A stretch of 64,000 nucleotides of DNA from Pavona decussata. Lineage: Eukaryota. The position numbers and the translations under genes were made by a program. How positions within the stretch are numbered: the stretch's first letter is position 1; each line of letters begins with the position of its first letter. Positions 35,160 to 48,146 of this stretch are shown in pieces. Below the pieces are notes generated by a model. The model had not been told where the DNA came from and did no database searches. It saw nothing but the letters and a program-made list of their open reading frames with translations. Location of the stretch: NCBI GenBank assembly GCA_977016875.1, contig CDRNST010000010.1, positions 372,001 through 436,000 on the forward strand, read 5' to 3'.

Positions 35160-36976
35160 TTACTCGCCATCCATTTCATCCTCGCTATCGGTCTCAAACT
35201 CGTTCTCGTCGATGTTGTAGTCTACTTCTGGACTCTCCACGGTAAAGACCGCATCGTCCTCTGTTCCGTCCGAGGCATTTGAAATTCCGCAGGTCTTGAA
35301 GGACTTCCTGACCATCTCCTCGGGTTTCTCTGCCCAGGCTGCTTTGATCCAACGGAGGACAAGATTTCTGCTTGGTGCCTTCTTGCCAGCTGGGGTGCAC
35401 TCAAATGGCCCTGATGATCCATGCCAGGTACTTTTGGCGCACATTCTTTAAAGGGCTTGTTAAGGCACTTATCCAAGAGCTGTACAACCGGGGTTAGGTC
35501 TCCAGGGATAACTACAACATCAATGTTTCACTGCTGCAGGTCACCTTTAACAAAATTGGTTAAATGAGCTTGGAATGAGTCCCAAACCAGAAGGGAGCGC
35601 TCAGCACGTGGTAAACTCTGTCTGATCCATTCTCTGACACCCTGCTCATCCATCCAGCCTTTCTTATGGAAGGAAACATGAAGAGGATGCGGAACAACCA
35701 AGTCTCTTGGTGTCCGGACGCCTTTGATGATGACCTTCGGGGGCACTTTGGTTCCATTGGCAGCAACGGCAAGAACAACGGTGAAGCTCCGCTTTTCCAC
35801 TCTTCAGGATTTCACTGGCACTGTTCGGCTCCCACTGAATTCTAATGTTCGGCTTGATGGCAGCTCTAAATGCATGGGCGTCTCATCCATTTTGTAGATG
35901 CGGGATAATGGGTAGTCAGCACGTCTTCTCGCTGCAATCACGAAGCGTTGAAAGCAAAAAATGTTTTCTTCGAGGTTGGCGTGTAATCGCTTTGCCAGTG
36001 TTGTTTTCGCATGCTGACCGAGTGGCGTCATTTCCATTTCTCGTACCACCCACGTGAGCCTTTGAAGGAAGGATCACCTGAGAGTTCTTTGCCTTTAAGG
36101 CGAAGCAACAATCCACTCACGGCAATACCTGAAAAAGAATATAACAAACTTATGTTAATGCAAAACGACCATAAATTCCGTGACTGCAGCGCTGTTTACG
36201 TGACATGTTTTGAAATTGTCATGACAACAACGTATTTCTGACCACCAATCAGATTCTTTGGTTCCCACGCAAACAATCTCTCACTCAACTCGGTGAAACT
36301 GTTCTTGTTTGACATTACAAATGAAATATTTACCTTGGTCTCTCTGCTGTGTAAACCACTCCATCACTTGCTCGTCTAGTTCGGAATATTTGGGAGTGAA
36401 ACGGCCCATCGTTGCATGTTTTGCAGACATCTTAAGATCGCCAGAAAGAATAGTCGCCTGCTCTCTCCTCCAGCGTCGCACCATGGACTCGCTAAGTCCA
36501 TATTCTCGAGCAATTTCCAAGTTATTGTCTACAGCTTCAGGTTCCGCGATAACTTTTTATCTTGAAAGCCACAGAATGCGAAGAGCGGCATGCTTTTGGC
36601 ATGATGATAAAAATAACAGTGATGAAAGCGATACTCGATTGATACTGTGAAATTTTTGTCAGGTTAGCGTAACTGAGAATGTTGTTGTGTTTCTGCAGTC
36701 GCGTGGTAGTATTTAAACACTTTTGGATGAATTGATATTCACATCTTCACTGATTCGCTCTTTTTTCTTTTGTGTTCATTTTAATTCATTAGCTTTTGTG
36801 TTCAGTGAGCCATTTCGCAATGTTTTCCGTAAGTTTCGCTCACTTAAATGGCCAGTTACAATCAAGAATTTCTCTCTTGGCTTATAGCTGATGGTTTTAC
36901 TTTTTTTTTGGAGAACATGAGTCTGCTGGAAGGTCTCTAAATTTTAGGGTCTCGGTTTATAGGTGGAGAAATACGG
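35160..36976 (-). mobile_element. pogo/Tigger-type DNA transposon remnant (Brinker-like DBD, CENP-B HTH, DDE_1)
   Basis: IAREYGLSESMVRRWR, YKMDETP, KGWMD, LVWDSFQAH, QLLDKCLNKPFK and VRKSFKTCGISN. Intron ~36131-36333. One TACCGTATTT-type end at 36969-36978 abuts BEL gag; the other end was not found. Confidence 0.8.
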
Positions 36977-36979
36977 TAG

Positions 36980-38409
36980 TACTAGTGTATGATGGCAACT
37001 TGGATCCAATTTCCTGTAACGTCTTGGTAGAATTGAGCTCATCCATGTACTTTATGGACTTTATGGCTCCTTCACATCGTATGAGAAAGTCAGAAAATTC
37101 TTGCAAGCCATTACTGTCTCCCTCTGCAATTTGAGGCCAGCTTCTCAACTTAGATTTGAGCGCCTCGTCAACACGTACTGGGTTTCCAAACCTGCGGGCT
37201 TCTTGGTATCTATTCACCAAATTGAACATCAAAAAATTCTTAACGACGTCGTGAGCCTTCCCTGATGTATATTTATTCAAGAAATACAGTTTATCTTTGT
37301 CTGAAGCAACTCGACAAGAAATTATCGCTTCGAAGGCTGAAATGAACGTTGGGTAGTCGAAGTAATTTCCACTGAAGACAGGGGGCTCTTGAGCTGGGAG
37401 GGAACTCATTCTCTGTTGGTCCACTATAAGCGTACTGAGTTCGGTTTGTTTTGCTTGAAGAGCCACCAAATCATGCAAGGTTGTTACATCTGCGTTGTGT
37501 GACCGGTCCTTGCGTTGCGTGTGAGCAAGCAGGAAATGTGAGCTAGGTTTACTTGCAGCTCTCCGGACAAATGGGTCAACAGTGTGATCAAGCGTAAACG
37601 ATTCCTTCTTTACTGAAGGAGATGCGACTATAGGTTTGCTTTCGATCTTTACTTTCTCATCCTTTACAGTTTTGGTTTTCTTGTCATCTAACACGTTCCC
37701 TTTAATCTGCAAGATCACACCCCCCTCTTCTAGAATCTTCTTAATCGTTAATCGTTGTCTCTTCAGCTTTTGCTAAGGCAATTTCCTTTTCCAGCTACAG
37801 GTGCCTAACTTCGGCTTCTTGCTCTAAAAACTTCATTTCCACCTCCAACTTAGCCGCCCTTGCGCCCGCGTCCATTAATCTTGAATGCGCTGAAGAGCGA
37901 GATAACTTTGTTGGCATAGTGCTCTTAGAATTTACTGAGCCGACTGACTTGACGGATTTAACTGTATACAACCTTTTCCCTACAGCTTGTAAATGCTGGG
38001 TCAATCTCATTTTACATTCTGTGTAATCCCGATCACGAACGTCAAACCACCGATACGCTTCATCCCTTTCTTGCGATGATTCAAGTATCTTTTCGTAGGC
38101 GTGGCAAGCTTGGTTAAAATCTCCTTTCTCTAAATCAAAAATATCTCTTTCTGCTTCTAACAACTCAATGCCGGCGCCAGACTCGATTAAGCTTCCGATT
38201 TTGGAAATTTGCTTGCCAAGCTTCGAATAAGCCTTCTTCCTTTTCGACTCGAGGTTATCTGTTTGATAATGTCTTCCCTTTTCAGTTAATTTCCGCTCGC
38301 AAGTTTCTCGTGGGTCAAAGTCTATGCTCGTATCTTCTTGATCAACTTGACTAAGAATCTTCTCTATGGTTTCTTGAACTGAAATTTCTACACTACCACA
38401 GACGCTCAT
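36980..38409 (-). pseudogene. BEL A gag fragment
   Basis: ORFs 37795..38409 and 36957..37718 are homologous to the N-terminus of BEL B gag (EPPVFSG.YF.YP, KLPSY). Confidence 0.85.
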
Positions 38410-38451
38410 GCTTCTTTACATGGCCAGCGGCGACAATTGGCGATATTTCAC

Positions 38452-39003
38452 TGTACCAGAACCAAGTTAACAACAACAAAACAACGATTTTCACAAGGTT
38501 TATTGGCATCAATTAGTAAACTGAAAATAACGCAAATAACATAAAATGGAATCAAAAACATGGCGAAACATGAAGGAATAGCCCAAGCGATAACAAGAGT
38601 AAGGCAAGCACTAGCGAGAACCGGATAAAAGCTAAGTTAAACAACAAATAAAATATAAATTGTGAATATAGTAATTCAATTTGCGATGCAGGACAACCCG
38701 CGGACAAAGACTACATAACATGTTAACATAAGATGAAAGACTAAAGCTAGTACGCGTTTTTAGATTAAAATATAACAAAATAAAAAAGGTAAATAAAGAG
38801 ACTTACATATCGGTCCCACTGTGGCGATGGCATTTTAAAGGGCACAAGAATAAAAAAAAAGAAATGACGAGAGAGAGAGACAAACACGAGGTGAACAACG
38901 AGAACAATAGATTACTCCTTCTTGGATTGCAAAATAAGATACTTAATAAGTAACAAAACGAAATGTAACTTGGTGATAAACTGTTCCGCAAGTGAACGTG
39001 ACA
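38452..39003 (-). repeat. 5' LTR of BEL element A
   Basis: Direct repeat of 27698-28228 with scattered substitutions and indels. Confidence 0.9.
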
Positions 39004-39530
39004 CATGCTATGCCACCTGCCCCAATGTTCGGTAAATATAGGGACTTTCCTTCCATCCCTGGGGAAGCGTTTGCAACACGAGCTACCAGTCTCGCCACTC
39101 GGCACCCATGCAAGTTGCGTCTGAAATCTTGGGAGCTTCGAAAGCATTTCCCACGAAACTGCACTGGTTGGCTGGAGGTAGATCGCTGTTCATAACGACA
39201 GACAAGTTTGTCGGCCTCCCGCTCAGCTTCAGATGCCAAACAGGAAAAAATGGTGGCATGCAGGTAAACCTGGCGACCAGCTTGTTTAGCGAAGGCGAGT
39301 CTGTCCCATAGAGCTGACAGTTGTGCCGTGTCGTCCGCCTTTGACAAGCGTGCTTTGTCTAAGTTGCCCATAGTTTGTACAGGGCAACTGTTTTCGTTGA
39401 AGTCAATGGCGTGACAATAGACCTGAAGTTGCTCACGCAAACGGCTGAACCGCCATGTGTGGGCGGTCCCCTTTAGAGAACTAATCTCTCCTTTCAGCTC
39501 TTTTACTAAGCCAACAAGTTCCTGAGTGTA
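39004..39530 (-). mobile_element. DIRS-type remnant 2, 5' part (gag-like plus RT start)
   Basis: GWKESPYIYRTLG just before the LTR continues into the YIDD segment beyond 27697. Confidence 0.65.
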
Positions 39531-39589
39531 AACGGAATGACAGGAAATAAGAAACAGATATCAAGTCAAGCAGATGTGTAAGACATCAC

Positions 39590-40011
39590 TTTATGGCACG
39601 TAACACGCTAAGAGGAAATTGCTTCCTATCGGAGGTGCCCTTAAATCTAGCCATATCATGCTAATGTGGCAGGTCACGAATTGATGTACTCAATTTTGCC
39701 AGGTAAGCAAGTGAACACCCGCCAAAATAGCTTGCGAAAACAAACGTCTTCAATAAAACCGCCCCAACAATGCCCCAGTGAGTGAGTGAGGTAGGGGAAG
39801 GGGGGCTGTGTTGTTGAGGTATCATTAAAGCGCTCGAATTTTGGAGATAGACTAACAGTTTCTTATCAGTTTTGTCCATGATTGTAGTTGTACCTGATTT
39901 GGGAAAAGACAGGTGAAAGATTGCCCTGAATTTGTCCGAATGCTTCTTTGGGACTAACCCAATGGGAGATATGTGAAAGTTAGGGAATGGTGGAGTGGGA
40001 AATGGACCTAC
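39590..40011 (-). mobile_element. DIRS-type remnant 3, 3' part
   Basis: GPFPTPPFPNFHISPIGLVPKKHSDKFRAIFHLSFP (DIRS RT N-terminal motif), then a deletion joining it to non-coding sequence. Confidence 0.75.
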
Positions 40012-40835
40012 TGTAACGTTTGCGACGAAAGACGAGACTTTGAGGGGCGTCGCTAAGGCGTGTTTGCAAAGTGTCGCTGGTGTTGGGACTATTTTACAGG
40101 TCGTTGACGCAAAACCACGAAAACCAAGATGAAGGTTAACGGTGTTTATTGAGAGACGAAGACGATCACGATCACGATCACGATCACGATCGTAAACTGA
40201 AATTACAATAATGCAATAACGAAAGTATGAATCAACTTGAATTCGTGCGTAAGGCATAAAAGAAACGCTTTACGTGCCTATGTCGATAACGCGATTAAAA
40301 TAACAACAATTAAACGTAAATTAACATAAACAAAACATAAAAGGCTAAATTAAAACTACTCGAGATTTAAAGGTCGGCTACACAATGAACATTTGCGGCT
40401 GATTAACAGCCCAAAGACTAAAATTGTGGGCGTAGCTGTCTAAACGTCTTATTCTTTCAAATTACTCTTTGATTTCAAGATAATTAGTTGTACTATTGTA
40501 CAACACAGTACATATGTGCGCTAACGCCCAAGGTGAAAAGTAAACTTAAACACATTGAAATAAAACTAACAAAATCACTTACATATCGGTCCCGCTTGTG
40601 CCAAAGGTTTAGTACGAAAGAGCGAAGGTGCTGCTATTCAAGGCGAAATCTTGCGAAACTCTGGCTTAAAGGGACGCTAACTTAGCTTTTATATGCGCGT
40701 GGTGACGCTAAAAGATTCGATTACAAACCAATAGGAAAACAGATAAACATTGTAACTACGATTGTAACTAGGCACACAAAGTAATTGATAATTGATCTAA
40801 TCAAAAAACTGTTCCTTTGTTCGATATCCTTAACA
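40012..40835 (-). repeat. 3' LTR of BEL element B (824 bp)
   Basis: Direct repeat of 47073-47878. Confidence 0.95.
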
Positions 40836-41014
40836 TGGCTCCCCTGAAATATTCATATTTCACTAATCAAAACATCTGTCAATTTCTTAGTCAATCTATT
40901 AACTATTCTATTAATTAATCAATCAATTAATGTTCTATAAGTTCTTTTTCATAGTTCAGTTCATTTCTTGGAAGGCTCCTCGGCTGGGAATTACCCCGGA
41001 TCTCAATCTTTCTT

Positions 41015-44000
41015 TCATGCTGGCAACAGCAATACCAACTGCTGCACTGGTCTCTCCAGGTACCGCACAGTTCTGATCCTCTTGCCTTTGTTGTCCAAGC
41101 AGCTATCCGCAAGAACTATCCTACTACGAACCTTGCGTACTTGGGCATCGGAACTAGGGTTGACCACCGATACTCTTGCTAGCTGCCAGGCGCTCCGAGG
41201 AAGACTTTCATCTTTCACTATGACTACATCACCAACAATCAAGTTTCTCCGAGGGCGTGACCACTTTTGGCGCTGCTGTAAACTGAGGAGGAATTCTTTT
41301 CTCCATCGAGTCCAGAACTCGTTCGCCAAATGCTGGACTCGCCTCCAACGCTTTCTGCAATACATGTCGGCTGGCTGGAAGGCACCCGGAGGAGCAAGAA
41401 CGACCTTTGACTTCATTGTCAAGAGGTGGTTGGGAGTGAGTGGACTGGCTGAATCTGGATCAGTAAGCTGGGTCACTGTCAAGGGGCGGCTGTTGACAAT
41501 AGCTTCTGCTTCGCACATCAAGGTTCTAAGAGACTCGTCGTCTAGCTGTTGTCCATTGTCCTGTAATAGTGATGCGAGGACGTTACGAACTGTTCTGATT
41601 TGTCGCTCCCAAACGCCTCCCATGTGGCTCGCTGCTGGGACGTTCAATTTGAAGGTGAACCAGTCACATTGTTCTTCGAGGAGCTTTTCCTTGATTTTGT
41701 CTTGGTTCATCTCTGCTAATGCTTGGGTGAGTTCTGTGCGAGCTCCAACGAAGTTCGTTCCCTGATCGCTCCTTAACTGGCGGATAGGTCCTCGACGACT
41801 TATAAATCTTCTCAGGGCATTTATAAATGAGTCAGTCTCGAGGGAGTTGGCAATCTCGATGTGAATAGCTCTTGAAGCCATGCAGGTGAAGAGCACGCCA
41901 TAACGTTTTAGCTCCTTTCTTCTTTCTTTGATGACGAAGGGTCCAAAAAAATCAACGGTGCAATACGTGAAGGGTGGAGTGGACTCGAGGCGATCTTCGG
42001 GTAAGTCTGACATCCTTTGTTCTTGCACTGCTCCGCGGAGTCTCTGGCACTTGACGCAGGATGAAATCATGCTGGCGACTACCGATGAACCGCTGACCAC
42101 CCAGAAGCCATTTGATCGTACTTCATTTAAGGTCATCCCTTTGCCTTGATGTTGTGTACGTTCATGAAAATGCTTGACAATCAGCTTGGTGACGTGGCTG
42201 TTTCGAGGCAGGATGATGGGAAACTTCACTTCTTCTGTCAAGCTTGCACGTCTGAGACGTCCACCGACTCGCAAAATTCTGTTTTCATCCAAGAACGGGT
42301 CAAGCTTGTAGAGCGAGCTGCTTGTTTTCATGCTGGTCTTTCTCTGTTGGGCGAAAACTCTACTGTCAGGGTCGGTGTTTTCCTGCTTCATCTTCTGTAA
42401 AACTTCTATTTCCTCTTTAAAGGATTTAATCTGTGCATCACGAATCATTGCGCTCTCGGCGTTCTTCAAATCACTGACGTCCAGCAGTTGCACTTCTTCA
42501 TGAATGCACGTCTTGTTGAGTGCTCGATCTCTCAGAACTCTGACGTAGCGTTGACATAGGGCAACTGCTCGCTTGGCTCGATGCCAGTCAGAGAAATATC
42601 CTATTCTTTCAGCGAGGCTCAACGTCTCTGAACGTGCTTGCACTATTGGCGTGGTTGTCGTGGTTGCCATGGCGACAGACTTCTTAACTTCTGGGTCGTT
42701 TTCTTGGAGTTTGTGTTCTTCTCTGGGTAGCCACTTGTTTTCATTCTCCCAAAGAAACGCTGGTCCAGTAACCCAGCGGGAATTTAGCAGCTCTTGTGTT
42801 CTCAGGCCTCGAGACGCTGTCTGTCCAGAAGTATTCTTTATCAATGGTGTACTCTAGCTCCCGTCGCAACTGCTGGCTGATTCTCACTGAGCACACGGCG
42901 GCGGTAAGCTCCAGGCGTGGTATAGTTACAGGCTTCAACGGTGCCACTCTGGACTTTCCCATAACAAAGGAACAATGAACTCTCTGGTTTTCGTCTACAA
43001 GGCGCAGGTAACTACACTGACCATAACCTTTGACGCTCGCGTCCGAGAAGTGATGAAGTTGTGCGCTCACAACACGACCAAAGCCATCGGGCTTATAGCA
43101 TCTGGGAATTGAAATGCGTTGAACTTCTAACAAATCTGATCTCCACTTTTCCCACTTGGCTTTGATGTCTTCCGGTATCGGATCATCCCAGCCTACGTCA
43201 TGGCGACACAAATCTTGAAGAATTGACTTTCCATCCAACAAGAGCGGAGCAACGAATCCGAGCGGATCGAAAATCGAGCTCACAGTGGAAAGTATACCCC
43301 GTCTAGTGCATGGCTTGTCTTGTAGTACGATAGCGAACTGGAAGCAGTCAGACTCAACACACCAATGGACGCCGAGTGCGCGCTCTAAGGGAAGTGAGTC
43401 AAGGTCTAAATCTAACTCCTTCACACCATCTGCTCTGTCTTGCTCTGGGATTCTTCTGATGACTTCTTTACTGTTAGACACAAACTTGTGAAGCCGGAAA
43501 CCTCCTTTGCTGCACATCTGCTTTACGCTTACAATAAGCTTCACTGCGTTGTCTACCAAGGGAACGGACTTCAAACCGTCGTCAACGTAGGCGGAAACAT
43601 GGCTTCTATGTCACACATAAAAGCGATTTGCTCTTGTCGAAATCTGCAAAGCACTCCAGTCAAATTGTTTGTCAAGTCGGGGCCTTGAAGTAGGTGCTTG
43701 TTTAGTGATTCACTTTCGTACTCGGCAGCACAGTCGAAAACTACATGAATCTTATTGGGTTTCTTAGGATGATAGACTCCGTGGTGTGGAATGTACCAAA
43801 CGTTCGCTTTCTCTTGAACTTGACCATGGGATGTATGTTCCGATTCAGACATCTCTGGTACCCTCTCAGCGTATCCATTCTTTATCAAATTTTTCATAAA
43901 TTCCGAGTAGTCCGTGTAGTATTTCTGGCCGTTTCTACCCACGAACCTTCTCTTTAGCTGGTGAAGTCTGTGAAGCGCTACCGTCTTGTTGTTTGGAAGC

Positions 44001-46999
44001 TCAATGGTTTCGTTCTTCAAGGGTAGTGGGAGCTCATAATGGCCATCATCGCGATGTTGAATTCCCTTTTCTGCTATCTGAATAAACTTTCTGTCTTCCT
44101 TGGATAGGCCATGCTTCGATTTGTTTTTGTGTTCCAAGAAATCGAGCTCGAACATCTGATTAATTGCTGATGGGTTTATGACCTCCTTCGTTTTACCGTG
44201 GAGAATGAAACTCAACTGGTTAGCGCTGTCACTTGCTCCAGAAATAACCTCTCTTGTTAAGGTAAGATGACAGGTGGAATCTAGGGCGTGGCCGTCTCGA
44301 GGGGTGTTTGATGTGGCAACTGGTCCCACGATACTCCAACCTAGCAAGGTTCGAACAGCGTAAGGTTCTTCTCCTTTACCGCGAATGACTTCTGTTGGTG
44401 TGATCGCTTTGGGGCAGTTGCAACCAATTAGCAGGCCAATATCTACGTCTTCATCGTACGGAGGAATTTTGCCTTGGATCCCTTTAAGGTGCGGCCAGTT
44501 GTTTACGTTTTCTGGTCTTGGAATTTGGTCTCGACGGGAAGGAATGGTCTGCCTTGAATACGTCTTGGGTAGGTCAACTTCGGTGCGTTTGTCAAGTCGC
44601 TGAACAATCAAGCCATCAATTCTTTCAACTGCTATCCTCTGACGACCAAGCATTGTGCTTAAATCTAAACTAGTTTCAACACCCTTGATACCGAGTTCAC
44701 GCTGTACTTGGGTGGTCACGAAGGTTGTGTCACTTGCATCGTCTAGGAGGGCGTAGACCTTGATTGATTTGGCTGGGTTATCCTTGTGGAACAGAAAAAC
44801 TTGGATGATCCGACAATTAGTGATTACGCTGGCAGACTCTGTAGCTGAGCTGTGCGTTACACTGATCAGGTTTGAGCTCGCGGATCTTGCAACTGGAGGT
44901 TTCTCGCTGAGTGGTTCATTCTTGTTAGGTGGGCGCTGAGTTTCTTGTGACTTGCGGTCAAGCTGTAGACGACTCTCAGTGGATCTTGGTTTTACGCCAT
45001 GCAATAAGGTGTGGTGACGTCTTCCGCAATTTTTACAAATGGATCTATTACGACATCCCGAAGACATGTGACCTGACTTGAAACAGCCAAAACAAAGAGC
45101 TTTACTGCGAATAAATTCACTGCGTTCATCTACTGAACTCTTGAGAAATTTGCTGCACTTGACGAGAGCGTGCTGACCGTTGCAAAGGGGGCAGGCCTGA
45201 TCTGTTTGATCTGCAAATGGTCTTGTCGACGAAGCAAGATCGCTGGGGTGCGGAGTGCCTGATGTCGCGAGAGAATTGGCGCTCAAATCACTATCGTCCT
45301 TCTTCTTTGACTTGTTCTTCCATCCCCACTTTGGCTGGGTACCAGTCTTTTTGCGTTCCGCTTTCAGGGCATCAGGTGAGAAGATGGGGTCATTTGCAAG
45401 TTCTGCTTCTTCTCTGACAAAATTCATAAAGGCGCTAAATGTGATTATTTTCTTAAACTTGCTTTGCCTTTCATGAGCATGCTGGCACCATTTCACAGCA
45501 GAGTAAGAAGGAAGTTTGCTGCTGACAAGGCGGAGAGTTTCTGTTGAGTCGAGGTCCCCCATTGACTGCATCGTTTTCATTGCTTCTTCGCATCGTATGA
45601 GAAAATCAGAGAAGTCCTGGAGGCCACTGCTATCACCATCATTTATCTTTGGCCAGTTTCTTAGACTAGACTTGTACGCCTCCGCTACGTGGATGGGATT
45701 CCCGAAACGCTGGTCTAACATCTTGCGAGCTTTATCGTAGGCACTGTCAGAGCTCATAGCCAAGAAACCTTTCACTACATTGTTAGCCTTGCCTCTGGTG
45801 TACTTGTCAAGGAAATACAGCCTGTCCTTGTTCGATGGTACATTACTGCAAATGATGGAATCGAAGGCGGTCACGAAGGCTGGATATTCAAAGTAATCTC
45901 CGGAGAAAACCGGCGGCTCTTTAACCGGGAGGCTGCTAATCTTCTGCTGATTGATAATTAATGAGCTCAATTCGGCCTGCTTCGCTTGTAGGCTCACGAT
46001 TTCTTGAAGAGTGGTATTAACGCCATTCTCTTGAAATTGGGGCGTGAACACAGGATCTCCTTTCCGAGGCTCAAAGGTTGGCGTTAGATAACTTCCAGGA
46101 ACGAACGGAGGAGCGTACGGGTTAGCCTTAAAGCTTCTTTCTTGTTTAATGTTCTCGTTACTTACGTCTGGTTTTAATTCCTGTTTAACCGCGGGATTAA
46201 AGTCTTTGACACTTGACTCCTCTTTATCGCCCGCTAATCTTTCTTCATCTAGAATTCGCTTTATCGCTACTTTTTCGGCGCTTGCGATAGCTATCTCTTT
46301 CTCAAGTTGCAGCCGCCTCAATTCTCTTTCTTTGTCGAGAAATTCCATTTCGGCCTGTAACTTGGCAGCCTTGGATGCGGCGTCGAGTAGCGCAAAGGAA
46401 AGATGTTTTGTAGAGGACGTACTAAATTTAGACTTTCCAGACGCCTTTGATTTCACGCTGTGACCAGACTTGACAGATCTCACTGACTGTGCCCGACTGA
46501 GGTTTCTTTCAAGTGATTGCATACATTCACAAAGTCTAACTCTGCACTCAATAAATTCCCGATCGCGAATATCGAACCGTCGATATGAATCTTCCTTTTC
46601 TTTTTCTGACTGAATTAGATCATTGTGCTCCGTGAATGCGGTATTGAATTTGTCTTTCAAGTTATCCAATTTAAATCTCTCTTCTTCTAATTGTTCTATT
46701 GTTGTCTGGGGTAAATCACGCAGCACGTTAATCTTATCCATCTGTTGTTTTAATTTTTTGAAGGCAGAGTTCCGATTAGAAAGTTTTGTTTCCAGCTGAT
46801 AAGCCAAACCCTTTTCGGTCATTACCCTTCTTCGTCCAGTTGTTTTGGAGAATTCGAATCGTGAAAGTTCTACGCCCGCCACACTCCTGGGTGGCTTTGG
46901 TATTTGAGGCGTCGCCTCGAAGTCTATCTCTGATGGCGTCCTAATACGTCCGAGGACCGATTCGCTAAAAACACTCATCGTTCGTTTGCCAAGAAACAA
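41015..46999 (-). pseudogene. BEL B gag-pol polyprotein, broken by two deletions/frameshifts
   Basis: Three Cys-His boxes, protease LLDDASD, RT YIPHHGV/LLQGPDL, RNase H FSDAS/IPRLEL and integrase DFFGP/SDQGTNF/GVWER in ORFs 43571..46999, 42741..43574 and 41015..42844. Confidence 0.9.
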
Positions 47000-47072
47000 A
47001 GTACTAAAGGATCGAGACGAAGTTTAACTAGAATACAAAACCATTTGGCGGAATGAAGCGACGATATTTTAC

Positions 47073-47878
47073 TGTAACGTTTGCGACGAAAGACGAGACT
47101 TCGAGGGGCGTCGCTAAGGCGTGTTTGCAAAGTGTCGCTGGTGTTGGGACTATTTTACAGGTCGTTGACGCAAAACCACGAAAACCAAGATGACGGTTAA
47201 TGGTGTTTATTGAGAGACGAAGACGATCACGATCGTAAACTGAAATTACAATAATGCAATAACGAAAGTATGAATCAACTTGAATTCGTGCGTAACGCAT
47301 AAAAGAAACGCTTTACGTGCCTATGTCGATAACGCGATTAAAATAACAACAATTAAACGTAAATTAACATAAACAAAACATAAAAGGCTAAATTAAAACT
47401 ACTCGAGATTTAAAGGTCGGCTACACAATGAACATTTGCGGCTGATTAACAGCCCAAAGACTAAAATTGTGGGCGTAGCTGTCTAAGCGTCTTATTCTTT
47501 CAAATTACTCTTTGATTTCAAGATAATTAGTTGTACTATTGTACAACACAGTACATATGTGCGCTAACGCCCAAGGTGAAAAGTAAACTTAAACACATTG
47601 AAATAAAACTAACAAAATCACTTACATATCGGTCCCGCTTGTGCCAAAGGTTTAGTACGAAAGAACGAAGGTGCTGCTATTGAAGGCGAAATCTTGCGAA
47701 ACTCTGGCTTAAAGGGACGCTAACTTAGCTTTTATATGCGCGTGGTGACGCTAAAAGATTCGATTACAAACCAATAGGAAAACAGATAAACATTGTAACT
47801 ACGATCGTAACTAGGCACACAAAGTAATTGATAATTGATCTAATCACAAAACTGTTCCTTTGTTTGATATCCTTAACA
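47073..47878 (-). repeat. 5' LTR of BEL element B (806 bp)
   Basis: Direct repeat of 40012-40835. Confidence 0.95.
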
Positions 47879-47883
47879 CCTAC

Positions 47884-48146
47884 CACTCGACCCAAAGCAA
47901 CCTCTTTCATTAAATTCTCAGTGACTTTATTTGGTTGTTCTAGTGCTGTTGGTAACTTACTGTACGTGAAAATCTAGGGGCTCTATATCCGGTGTACCCA
48001 ATATTGGCACTGACTTAAGGCTATTTAAAAGAGATGAAACAAATAAATGATCTGGGTGATGGGAAAGTGCCCTTTCTAGTACAATTACATTAACGTGCAT
48101 TAAAACTGCAACAACTCCTGAAACACCTAGGGAACGTTTGAGTAAA
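47884..48146 (-). mobile_element. DIRS-type remnant 3, middle part
   Basis: LERALSHHPDHLFVSSLLNSLK and VTENLMKEVALGRVVG, which joins GPFPTPPF across BEL B. Confidence 0.75.

Larger units (their letters stand above)
27698..39003 (-). mobile_element. BEL/Pao LTR retrotransposon A (old, degenerate, with internal insertions)
   Basis: LTRs 27698-28228 and 38452-39003 (TG...CA), TSD CATGT/CATGC, PPT AGGGGAGCCA next to the 3' LTR, fragmented gag/pol ORFs. Confidence 0.9.
40012..47878 (-). mobile_element. BEL/Pao LTR retrotransposon B (young, near full length)
   Basis: LTRs 40012-40835 and 47073-47878 (TG...CA; about 10 substitutions plus an 18-bp indel), perfect TSD CCTAC (40007-40011, 47879-47883), PPT AGGGGAGCCA. 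Confidence 0.95.

Noticed and set aside
39661-40257. 198-aa ORF as a gene
   Set aside because: Chimera of BEL LTR sequence (RD repeat from the GATCAC run) and a DIRS RT fragment.
40968-41765. 265-aa + strand ORF
   Set aside because: Antisense shadow of the BEL integrase, with no independent motifs.
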